DNA of 63,554 bases, the filler included, from Phoronis australis (Eukaryota > Animalia > Phoronida): assembly GCA_002633005.1 (NCBI GenBank). It is 14 parts of 14 records of this genome, joined end to end, with 100 filler letters (N's around TTAATTAATTAA, not from the genome) between each part and the next. Parts side by side here need not be neighbours in the genome. Positions count along the whole stretch, not along the records: positions 7,065 to 21,372 come from NMRA01001183.1; positions 21,473 to 31,788 come from NMRA01001762.1; 12 more parts are not named here. One strand, given 5' to 3'. The position numbers were made by a program, and so were the translations under genes. Position 1 is the first letter of the stretch, and each line of letters opens with the position of its first letter. Of the stretch, positions 12,448 through 23,366 are shown one piece after another. Under the pieces are notes generated by a model. That model made no database searches. It saw only the letters and a list, made by a program, of their open reading frames with translations, and had not been told where the DNA came from.

Positions 12448-14328
12448 ATCGATAAGCAAGTCAAAGTCTTTCTTAAAGATGTGATTTCATGAAACCGTTC
12501 AACGATTTTTAAAAATCGAAGACCCAACTATGTTAAATCTTCTTGCTCAAAAACGTCGTGATGGTCATTTTCTTGAACTTTGTTCATTATTAAATAAGGC
12601 CAGAGTTGTATGTTTCCCACTTTCATGAGCAGCTTAGTTAAATCAAGGCTTGCCAACTCAACACTGAGAACAGCAGTGGGCACATGGGGATTGGAAAGTG
12701 ACATACCACGTTCCTGAGGCTCAGGGACATAAATACACCCATTCAAAAATGTGTGCAAAAGATATGTAACTGAATTAATGCTTAAGAGATACTGATTAAA
12801 CCATGTTGAGCCTGGTAACTGACATAAACCAGCACTAGTAAATCTGTAACAAAACAATGTTCAGTAATTGTAGTCAACCCTCGAGTGAGTGGAATAAATT
12901 CCATGCAAAGTTTACAAAGGGGGAAAGCACGAAGTTTTTTAAATGTTTATTACCACAAATACAATGTACAATGACAAGCCCAGAAAGCCTTAGAAACATA
13001 TTATATCTGGGCGATGTCGGAAGAGTTAATGGTCGGCCGAGTGGAAATGTGTCCATCTGGAAGCACAGTAACAACCGTTAGTGGAGGACAACGTGCCAGC
13101 GCGGTATGAATGAAACAGTAATTTGCGCTAATTGGTGAGCACATCAAAATATAGTGACCCTTTAGCCTTCTGTGAAGCCTCTCATACGTTAAGCAACATA
13201 ACAATGCTGTTTTGGTCATACTTAATCGAGGGGTGGAAACAATCTCATGGGCCCGCCACTGTAAATTCCAACAATCATTCCCCACAAAACCCAGTTCCAG
13301 ACCAGCAAACACCAAAACATACCTGTGCCGTTGAACCCCATACAGGCTCCGAACATATTCCTTACAGGATGAGCAAACCTNTCGATAAGCAAGTCAAAGT
13401 CTTTCTTAAAGATGTGATTTCATGAAACCGTTCAACGATTTTTAAAAATCGAAGACCCAACTATGTTAAATCTTCTTGCTCAAAAACGTCGTGAAGGTCA
13501 TTTTCTTGAACTTTGTTCATTATTAAATAAGGCCAGAGTTGTTTCCCACTTTCATGAGCAGCTTAGCTAAATCAAGGCTTGCCAACTCAACAGAACAGCC
13601 CTGGGCACATGATGGGATTGTAAAGTGATATACCACGTTCCCGAGGCTCAGGGACATAAATACATCCATTCAAAAATGTGTGCAAAAGACGTAACTGGAG
13701 AATTTTTACTAATGCTTAAAAGATACTGATTAAACCATGTTGAGCCTGGTAACTGACATAAACCAGCACTAGTAAATCTGTAACAAAGTAATGTTCAGTA
13801 ATTGTAGTCAACCCTCAAGTGAGTGGAATAAATTCCATGCAAAGTTTACAAAGGGGGAAAGCACGACGTTTTTTAAATGTTTATTACCACAAATACAATG
13901 TACAATGACAAGCCCAGAAAGCCTTAGAAACATATTATATCTGGGCGATGTCGGAAGAGTTAATGGTCGGCCGAGTGGAAATGTGTCCATCTGGAAGCAC
14001 AGTAACAACCGTTAGTGGAGGACAACGTGCCAGCGCTATAGTATGAATGAAACAGTTGCGCTAATTGGTGAGCACATCAAAATATAGTGATCCTTTAGCC
14101 TTCTGTGAAGCCTCTCATACGTTAAGCAATATAACAATGCTGTTTTGGTCATACTTAATCGAGGGGTGGAAACAATCTCATGGGACCGCCACTGTAAATT
14201 CCAACAATCATTCCCCACAAAACCCAGTTCCAGACCAGCAAACACCAAAACATCGGTACGAATTCCATACCTGTGCCGTTGAACCCCACACAGGCTCCGA
14301 ACATATTCCTTACAGGATGAGCAAACCT
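12448..14328. repeat. About 0.93-kb tandem duplication across a single N (13381); probable uncollapsed alleles
   Basis: 12448-13380 and 13382-14328 are nearly identical, with SNPs and small indels. Confidence 0.85.
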
Positions 14329-14934
14329 AGTTGTTCCGGGTGAGGTATCGACGCCTGGTCGGGTATGGAGACTTTCTGCGGGTGGCGGGGCCGGTATGGC
14401 ATTTCGGGGGTGGTATTTGATAGTTCCGATGGGGATAGGGTTAAGGGTATCGAAACTGTAAGCTTGAGGTGGTACTGTTTCCACCCACTGATAATAATCA
14501 GATAATGACGGCAGTTTTTTTATTGCAGTCAACACTTACCATGTGAAGAAACTGACGAGATGATCAAGACAAGATATGTAATTCAGTTGATGACGTTGGC
14601 TAGTGCTCTGTCAAACGCACTGAGGGACGAACAATATACTACTTGATGTGCCATTGAACATTCAGACGTTCGACAGTCGCAAATTCGCTATTCCTTGAGA
14701 CTATGCTCGACGCATAGAATTACATATGTTCTGAATAGGCACATTGTACAGCCTGATCTCAAGCGGTAACAAACTGTCACTTGTTCGAAACCCTGAAATC
14801 ACCTCCAATTTGACCAAGGGACAATTTGAGACCCGTCGTGTACATAGTTGCTTTGTGATGGAAAGCGGGGTTGTGGCAGCTTTAAAAACACCCGTTTGAG
14901 ACTAAGCCAATCTAGTACGAAGGTGAAGAGCATA

Positions 14935-15194
14935 CATGCGCGCACCCAGGGGGAAGGGGGTTCGGGGGCGGGCTCGAGCGAGCCCACCATTTGGCGAGGT
15001 GGGTAAAAAGGTCCGCTCCAGAGAAACAAGAAGTTCGAGAAAACGAGACAAAAGTCGACTAAAAAGGCGCAACCGCACAGTTCACAGAGCTGCAGGTGGT
15101 TCATCATTTTTTGAGTCCTCCCGCTTTTTTGTTAGAAAAAGGTCCATTTTAAGGGATACGAGCCCCCCATATTAAAAGGCTGGGTGCGTGCATG
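14935..15194 (+). mobile_element. MITE, CATG-terminated family (other copies at 17895-18152 and 36091-36219)
   Basis: TIRs CATGCGCGCACCCAG / CTGGGTGCGTGCATG, G-run, GAGCCC boxes and AAAAGGTCC subterminal motifs shared among the three copies. Confidence 0.8.
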
Positions 15195-16389
15195 AAATGT
15201 TCGTATTTCGCCCTACGCTTTTCAAAGGCCCAGTGCAGACGATGCGGAGAGTTACGACCTCAGCTGACTGTCTCGAAAGAAATTTACCTCAAGTTATTGC
15301 CACCCACACACAAGGAAGCAAAATGCTCATTGATCTGTACCCAGTTCGTAGTAGACCCAATCAAGGTAAAGATGGTACAGTTGCGGACGTAGGATATCAC
15401 AAGGGGGGTCCAACAATTTGCCTCGGGGAATTGGGCAAAGCGAGTGTATGTGCACGGGCGGCCCGAAAGTTGCGGGGGCCGGGCATGAGGTCCTTCTGAC
15501 CAGAATATCTAACGGCGGACTAAAAAAAAAACAAAAGAAAAACGGGAACACGTTTCCGACGCGATCTGGGGTCTGAGTCTTCCCCCTCATCCGCTACTCG
15601 TTACCGAACTCAATACATACTCAATATTTCCTCACGCTTCACGTTGTTGTCGTTTCATTTTGTTTGCGGCACTTGAATTCATCACTTTACACCAATAAAT
15701 GATCAAAATTTGATGTAAACCCCTTACAAGTACATAGAGTTCTTGAACAAACGTGTTGTTTTATTTCACTGTTACGAATTTATAAGTATTTGAACGTACC
15801 GTAGCCTACAGAGTTCGGTAGGCCAATTTACCATGGTCGATCGCGGGAGTTTGGGTTTGTTTGGTGATAAATTCGAAAAGGCATTCTTCCGTGAAATACA
15901 GACGGGGGATCATAGCTGTGTGTTGTACTTTTAGACTTGCGATTTTTTCAGTTCTAAACACACAGAACGCTAGCCTTGTTACTCCCCGCCAGTGGCTTGG
16001 AACCCGATCATGCCCGTCGAGGCCGCCTGGACTGGACATCACGAAAATAAACCAGCTTAAGTTGGAAACTAAACCTCCAGTCACGAAAAGACTATAATAG
16101 TAAGCCAAAGAAATAATGTGCACGTAATTATTTAGGTGAATTATCCACTCCCCGAACCTGAAAATCTACTTACTTGGGGGGCCGCGAAGAAGTCAGGTTC
16201 CCCTTCCACAGAACCGTCAGGGCAAAGGTTGTACAGTAACAATGATTTATTCATTCCTGGCTTCTCAAAACATTTGCACTCACGAATACTCCAAAGGCAT
16301 TACAAATTGTATCTAATGAGACAGGCTTTGTTTCAGTTTTATCTGGGAGTAATATACATATTGGTCCTAGGTTTTATATAAGCATTGGT

Positions 16390-17018
16390 TAGGGTGAGAA
16401 TAATTCATTTTGAAACAACGCAGAATAATCAACGTCTACATGGCAACTCGCCCGGAGCCAATCCCGACTTAGTCGAGAGCTCATCCGACGAAGACTTCAC
16501 GAGTGGGATAGTTATGGTTTCATAGACTATCAGTTCGAACCGGAATACACTGACCAAGAAATACTGGAGAGGCGCCGTGAACATGCACAGGCAATGGAAC
16601 GTATGGATAGTTCCTAGGTAAGCCGGAATTCGTCAGAGAAATCACTGTCGACGAAAATGCCGGCCCCAGTCACAAAGATGTTCCACGGCCTCATACTTGC
16701 TATTAACAACGTAATTTTCATTCTTATGACTACCGCGAGCAACTTCCTAAGCATTTCGGGCTCTCGAGAAAGTCGAAAAAAACGATATACCGGTACCCGC
16801 TTTCTTCGCAGCTTCATAGTAGTTCGGACAAGCAGGAACGATGCACCGCAATCACTCTGCAGATGAACCACCGACGTCGCTGCGTCGTTTCTCACCTTCA
16901 TCACAGGTTAACGCGACACCTCTCGGCAAGGTGAGGTCGACGCATAAGAGGCGATGTGGATATAGACCGATTAAGACGGTAAAAAAGACTAATTAAATCG
17001 GGTGGCATTCTCCTTTAA
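16390..17018. mobile_element. Degenerate Kolobok (KolobokP-like) terminal-repeat unit with a THAP remnant (-) and a P2X7-C-terminus-like first exon (+)
   Basis: Right end ...GGTGGCATTCTCCT|TTAA. Minus strand, with frameshifts: RCIVPACPN...GISFF/RLSREPEMLRKLLAVVIR.../GRHF/VDSDF (THAP). Plus strand: ESSSDEDF.../DYQFEPEYTDQEILERR, then |gtaagc at 16618. The left boundary is approximate. Confidence 0.65.
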
Positions 17019-17553
17019 TGCAGCCTGGAATATTCTAGAGACTAGTACGTATTTTTAGAATGATTGGGTCGATTCCGGAAAGTTCTGGCATGTGCACGAA
17101 ATAGTGAAAAGTGTTAGAACATTGCATTAGTCTATAAATACACAAGCACGGGTTTGAATTAGTTAAGAAGAGTTAAGCACCTCAGGAGTCGGAGTAAAAC
17201 AGATAACAGTTTCAGAGTTGAGAGGATTACAGTTGAGTTGGCAGTGGAGAATCAGCAGTTACAGCGACAGTCAACAGAGAGCCAGCTACAGAGATAGCAG
17301 GTTATAGAATCAACGAGTGTAACAGGAAGTGTCTCAGAAATTCATCACAAGTCAAGGCTTCGCAGCATTGGCTGGAGCGTAGAACAGACATTACGTCGGA
17401 CGTTTTGTTTGAGTACTATGCTTGTGAATGTTCGGTCGAGATTAATAAAATGATCAACTTAAACCGGTCTTCAGTCTATCGTCTCACCGAAAGCTATAAT
17501 TAGCATCGGTATGTAACAACCTGCGCCCACCCACACAGGGGGAAAACGTGACA
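17019..17553 (+). mobile_element. LTR-like sequence (solo or partial LTR, Gypsy-like)
   Basis: TATAAA at 17133, purine-rich CAG/GAG-repetitive R-like region, AATAAA at 17444, ends ...AACGTGACA. The 5' terminus is not identified. Confidence 0.55.
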
Positions 17554-17894
17554 ATTATAGGCAAACTAAAATGATCCTAACAGCCTTTTGCCACAGTAAG
17601 TAACTTAAATGTCAGTACTTTGGAAATTTTCAGCAACACAGGGTGAACCAAGCTCACGTTAAGTATGAAAGTAGACACGCATAATTGTTACCATGGCGAC
17701 TGAGTACCATAAAAGCTATCGTCCTTAAACTAGAAATTGACTAACATGATAATAAATAATATGAAGCTATGACACAGGAGGATTCAAGTAAGCTTCACAC
17801 TTCATAATCCAAATGTAACCCATTTCTGTAAATCAAGTAAGATTTTTCACATTTTGTTGCTTTGATAAATCTGAAGTAGATAGTAACCAGTTAC

Positions 17895-18152
17895 CATGTG
17901 CGCACACAGCCTTCAAAATGGGACCTTTTGCTGACAAAAAATCGGTAGGACTAAAAAACGGGGGCCCTACTGTGAACTGCGCGTTTGTGCTTGTTTACTT
18001 GTTTAGTGGACTTTTGTATCATTTTCCCGGACTTTTTGTTTCTCAGAGGCGGACCTTTTTGCCCACTTCCCCANNNNNNNNNNNNNNNNNNNNGGGGGGG
18101 GGGGGGGGCAGGCTCGTTCGAGCCCCCCGAGCTCCCCCTGGGTACGCGCATG
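17895..18152 (-). mobile_element. MITE with 5-bp target-site duplication GTTAC
   Basis: GTTAC|CATGTGCGCACACAG ... CTGGGTACGCGCATG|GTTAC. Reverse copy of the family at 14935. Confidence 0.8.
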
Positions 18153-20571
18153 GTTACGAAACGTGAATTAAAAGTCCATCTTGTACACAGAATTTAGAAA
18201 AACATGTGTCCTGTTGTGACACATAATCATACCTTTAACAAAACTGATTTTAAAACAAAAAAAAAACGATTTCAGAACAAATTCAACAGAATTTAGCAGA
18301 ATGCAAGGTCAATTCAATGGGCATTTCACATTGAAATAAATAGAAGATTCATTATAGTTATGGCACAATTAAGGACCGGAAAACTGTACAAAACTGCTTT
18401 TTGTAGCAGTGTGTCTGCAAATGTATTATAGTTAAATCTTCACCCATGACAATGTAGCCCAGTTGAACATGACTTTCGGTTCAGAAAAGTCGCCATGTTG
18501 TCCAACGTGAATAATGAGCACTTATATCACTCAATTCAGTAAGTTAAAAATTAGTAACACATATCTTTACCTACCATTCTGCACAATCCAAGAGTTTACA
18601 CCAGAATTTAATCACGCAGATGTAACTTACAAGCTAAATTGCCTTGAATTGCACAAATCGGAATATTTAATTAATAATCACATGAATTGTTCATGTCAGT
18701 ATAAAAATTGTCTCCAAGGTCGTCAACCGTTTTGGGTATTGGCACGAGACAATTAGTATGTCATCACTTGTGCTCAATGGGTGAAATGGTAATATGGATA
18801 TGTCTGGTCCCTAAAATGTCGATTCCCATTAATTAACTTTCTTGGAACCAATTTAAACGTAACGAAGTTACAAAAACATTCGTTTAAAATATGTAGAACA
18901 CGCAACACTGGGTCATTTTAGAACAAAAAAAATCAAAAAAGCCCATTCGAGAGATTTTTAAAATTTGTTCACATATCCAAGATCTATCCAAAACATATAT
19001 TTCAATGTCCACAGTCCCGCGCAAACTGGCTTGTAGAAGCACAAAGTTCAACGCTACAAAAAGTGTTTACGGATTTACCTCCCCTGCCACGTGATGAACG
19101 CAGCGAAATCATTGCTATCAATTTATTTGGTATAGGTCACGTCCCACTGATCTTAATCTGGTTATGTTTTCTCTCATTACATACAATCTACCTGTTTTTC
19201 GTATTGAAAAAAATGCAAATCTATCTATTTTTACATTTAAAATTCAGTTTTCGGTATGCAAAAACGTGTCTTCGTAAACCTTTGAAGACCCCATTAGCGG
19301 GTAAAAAGCTAAGACTGAGGCCAATAAGTGCAAACTATTGGTGATTTTAAAGCCACACCATGATCACTTATACTGAGTTTAAACTGAATCTGGAAGATGA
19401 CCCCTCAGAGTGATTTTTTGATTTCTTTTGATTCTCTCCTGGTATGGTTCTTAAAGTCCTTCTCTCACGCGTTGTTAACCCTTATTACATAGTTAGAAGA
19501 TGTTATAAGGATCCAAGAAGTACCTACCCCATAACTAATACACGATCCGTACTCGAAAACAGTTTAAATGAACGCGCCACTCGGCACGATTCGCACCCGA
19601 AGAAACACCGCCATTTTGAACTTGCCGCGAACCCGGAAGTACAATTCATTCAGGAACCCAGGCCGAGAAAACACCGTCAGTGCGACTGGAGCAGTGCCTG
19701 TACTGTTACCAGCCAGCAAACGGGGATAAAAAGCGACAGCGCGCCTTAATTTTGATAAAATCAAACTACGGACAATTTTATGGAATTTGCTGAAGAAATG
19801 TGGCGAATAAATTTTGACAGAAATTATTTTGCCAGACTCGGGACCGCAGCCTATCGGACCCGGTGCGGATCGAGACCAGACTGGCGAACGGTAAATGCAT
19901 GCGGTTGCAAGCTGTTTTGTCGAAGTAAAATGGTCAAATCGGATAAATGCCGCTGCATATATTCAAGGGTAGTTTCAGACACTTGCATGAAATTATACGG
20001 GCTGGTTAGTCCTGTGTCACACTGCCGCGGCAAACCTTAGTTAGCCTATTACAGGTTTTTACTCAGAGTTTCCCTAATGTGCCACGCGGTATCTTCGATA
20101 TACTAACCAATTTTGGTGTCTTGACACACGCCTGACCATTATAGTTATCATTCCTGCCGAGAGATGTCGCTTTTTCGTAATGGCGGTCGCTCAAGATCGG
20201 CTAATGAACACCTCGTAAAAACATTGAATATAAGAATAAAAAGAGCCTAATTGGTACGAGTACTATATTTTTGGAATCACCGTGATCACCATGGGGAGAG
20301 GACTCAGAAAACATTATTATTACATTAATGGAGTCGGATTGTTGAGAATTCGATCAGCCAATCAAAAAACGCCGGTGCAAAAAATGACCAGCGTGTCCCT
20401 AAACGTTAGTTCACGCACATCATATAAACACCATGATGTAAGCTAAATTTTCTCTCGTCACGCAAACGCCAGACGGCGAAGATTTCGCGAATCGCAGAGT
20501 TGAGAGTAGACGGTGTCGTAATATTTATTAGAACACTGCATTTTATGGAAGAAGAAGATTTCATGCATGAT

Positions 20572-21276
20572 ATGAACATTCCCACTAAATAAGATTGGTC
20601 CTAACCCCAGTGGTTAAGGTAAACGTTGGGGTATGGAAAATTGAACTAGACCGTATTTATCCACCTTGGCTGAGTCGCACTTACCAGGTTAAGTCGCACT
20701 CGGCTCACGATCAAAGGGATGCCGCCAAGCTGCTCTAGTCATCCATGCTATGAACCGTGATTCCCACTAAATAAGATTGGTCCTAACCCCAGTGGTTATG
20801 GTAAACGGTGGGGTATGGAAAATTGAACTAGACCGTATTTATCCGCCTTGGCTGAGTCGCACTCAGCTCACGATCAAAGGGATGCCGCCAAGCTGCTCTA
20901 GTCATCGAGTCACGAGCGAGGATAATCGGCTTCGCTCATGCGGACATGTCGTGAACACATCCACTCAAAACAAGAAACTGTAGGAACACCGCATTTATCC
21001 ACCTTCACTCTTATCAGGCTTCTATTGTGAGTCAGCATGCGTGAATAATTGGCTGATAAGCCACCTCTGGAACTACTTTTGGCTGAATGGATGCCGGGCC
21101 AGGCCGTAAAATCATAATTAGCCAAGACCAGTTACTATAATGCAACAAAGAATAATGTCTTGCATCACCTAGCCTTGGTGGAAAGCTGTATACTGTATTG
21201 GCTCAAACAAACGCTTACAAAAATTCATTTCACGAGGAGGGGACGCTTATTGTAATGAGCCTACGGCAGTTGAAAC
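20572..21276 (+). repeat. Interspersed repeat with internal tandem duplication; homologous pieces at 57796-58197 (direct) and 59553-59755 (inverted)
   Basis: CCCACTAAATAAGATTGGTCCTAACCCCAGTGG occurs at 20581 and 20763 and as the reverse complement near 59705-59737. GAACACATCCACT...CTACGGCAGTTGAAA is shared with contig 13. Confidence 0.85.
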
Positions 21277-21660
21277 CATATATATATATATATATATATT
21301 TGCCTTTGATGACTGATGTATAGTCGAAGTACCGCTACTGTTTTATTATGATATGTTTTGTACAGAGTTTTANNNNNNNNNNNNNNNNNNNNNNNNNNNN
21401 NNNNNNNNNNNNNNNNTTAATTAATTAANNNNNNNNNNNNNNNNNNNNNNNNNNNNNNNNNNNNNNNNNNNNCTGGGATTCCACACAATGTTTTATTTGA
21501 GCTGTCACCAAATACAACCACATCAGATTGCCGGTGCTGAGTTCATCCCTTTCTGCTTCACTTGGCATATACCACGATTTTTGTTCAAGGTCAACTTGCC
21601 AAACGATGTGTACCCAAACTTCAACATTTTTTATCTCTTTCAATGTTTATGTTTTGACCA

Positions 21661-21835
21661 TTTTTATGCGCCCACACGTATGTAGGTGGGTGCATTATGT
21701 GGTCATCCCTGTCTGTAGGCATGGCTTCAGCTGCTGTATCTCAAACACCCTTGACGAATGTTGATGAAATTGAGCACACATGTTCCTGTCATGAATGAGA
21801 CAACATCAGGGACCTTTTGGACATATCTAACTACC
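21661..21835 (-). mobile_element. HINE/DINE-1-like element end
   Basis: TTTTTATGCGCCCAC...GTGGGTGCATTATG hairpin end, the same architecture as the ends at about 44581-44619, 48581-48611 and 62099-62140. Confidence 0.5.
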
Positions 21836-22116
21836 GATTAGTGACAATGTTGTGCATTTGACAAAATAAAACTCACTTATGCTATATCGTGTCATGATGA
21901 ACAAATTATTTCCGTTGAAAAGTCTTGCAGAAAAAGACATTTCCACCATGTTGTCTGCTTAAAATAGGTGCAGATTTACTGTAGTTGTTGGCATGACCTC
22001 ATATACACAATGCCAGTGTTGTCATGACCTCAACAACACCAGTCAAAAATGTATTGTAGGGTAATGCATGNAATGCATGGTGCCAGTGTTGTCATCAAAG
22101 GAACAATTATCATAAA

Positions 22117-23366
22117 CATGGGTGAGAAACAACATGACCGCGGGATGCATAACAAGACTGCCGGTCCTCAAAATCAGACCGACTCACCACAAAACAAGAC
22201 CTACAGGGATCAAGTGGGACCGCCACACCAGAAAATGGGACAGATTGAGATAAGAACATGACCACCCCACCACAAAACAGGACAGCTGGAGACTGAACAT
22301 GACTGCCAAAGTATAGTTATCAATGCCTTTGCGTGATACTGCGGCCAGCAAGCTGTATTAAGACTATCGTCAAAATACGGCTTGGTAGCATTGTGTGTTG
22401 AGCTCCAATAGACCTCGAAATTTCCCACAGCCCGGTAGTTCTACTCATAACCTCATCGTGAAATTTGTATCAACATGTAGACCTAACGAACGACGGAGCA
22501 TGCAAAATCTGGGAGTCAACCGCAACTCATCTTGCCCGTTGCAGCCATTTGAGTAAAAAACAATCTAATAAACGACATTTTCCGCATGTTATTCTTTGCC
22601 TTTTGTAATAAAGAAAAGTCTGTCGCACTTGTGACACACAATTTCCTTAAATTTTGAGGCATCTTTCGGAAGCTTCGCAGCAGCAAGTTTGTTCTGAAAT
22701 ACGGTTTGCTGGTATTAAAATACTAAAAACTTGTAACGAGTTGAGAAAATTTGTTGTGCCATATATGCAAGCACGTGGAAGAGAAGAAAAGCTGATTGAA
22801 GAATCAGAGTAAAAAGAAACTGGCCACTGAAAGCAGACCCAAAAGAACGCATCACAATTTTAGCAGCAGAATAACGGCATAACCCCCTTTTTTTGCTGAG
22901 CTCCGATAAATGATTCAGTTTACTCATGGAAGAGTGTCGTTACTAACACTTAATTTTGTGAAAGTTTTACTTGTTCAGTTTTCTACCCACATCAGCACAA
23001 AGCTGTATATTTAGTGTAAAGCTTTGCTGCACCAAGGCTAGTTATGATGATAGTACTTTACCCGAGAACTAGAACGCCCTTTTTTGACTTTACTAAAATG
23101 TCAAACGCACAACAGATTTCAGTGGATGAATCAGCATAAGACCATGCACAGGTATACAGCCCCATTGTATGATCTGTATAGGACTACACTGTTATAAAAC
23201 TTAGCCTGGTTGTCATTGCGGTCAAGTTTCAATTCCCGGCGGTCACGTTCAGTCTCCAGCGGTCCAGGTTGGTGGTGTGGCGGTCGCATTTGATCGTTGT
23301 AGGTCCTGTTTCGTGGCGAGTCGGTCCGATTTGGAAGACCGGTGGTCATGTTTTTTTTCACCCGTG
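22117..23366. mobile_element. Non-autonomous DNA transposon with long imperfect TIRs, CA(C/T)GGGTGA termini and 5-bp TSD ATAAA
   Basis: ATAAA|CATGGGTGAGAAACAACATGACC ... GGTCATGTTTTTTTTCACCCGTG|ATAAA. Arms about 22117-22310 and 23205-23366 are reverse-complement homologues rich in GACC repeats. Confidence 0.7.

Noticed and set aside
12448-14328. Recent real tandem gene duplication
   Set aside because: The junction is a single N, as at 5739, 22071 and 32788, typical of uncollapsed haplotype or contig overlaps.
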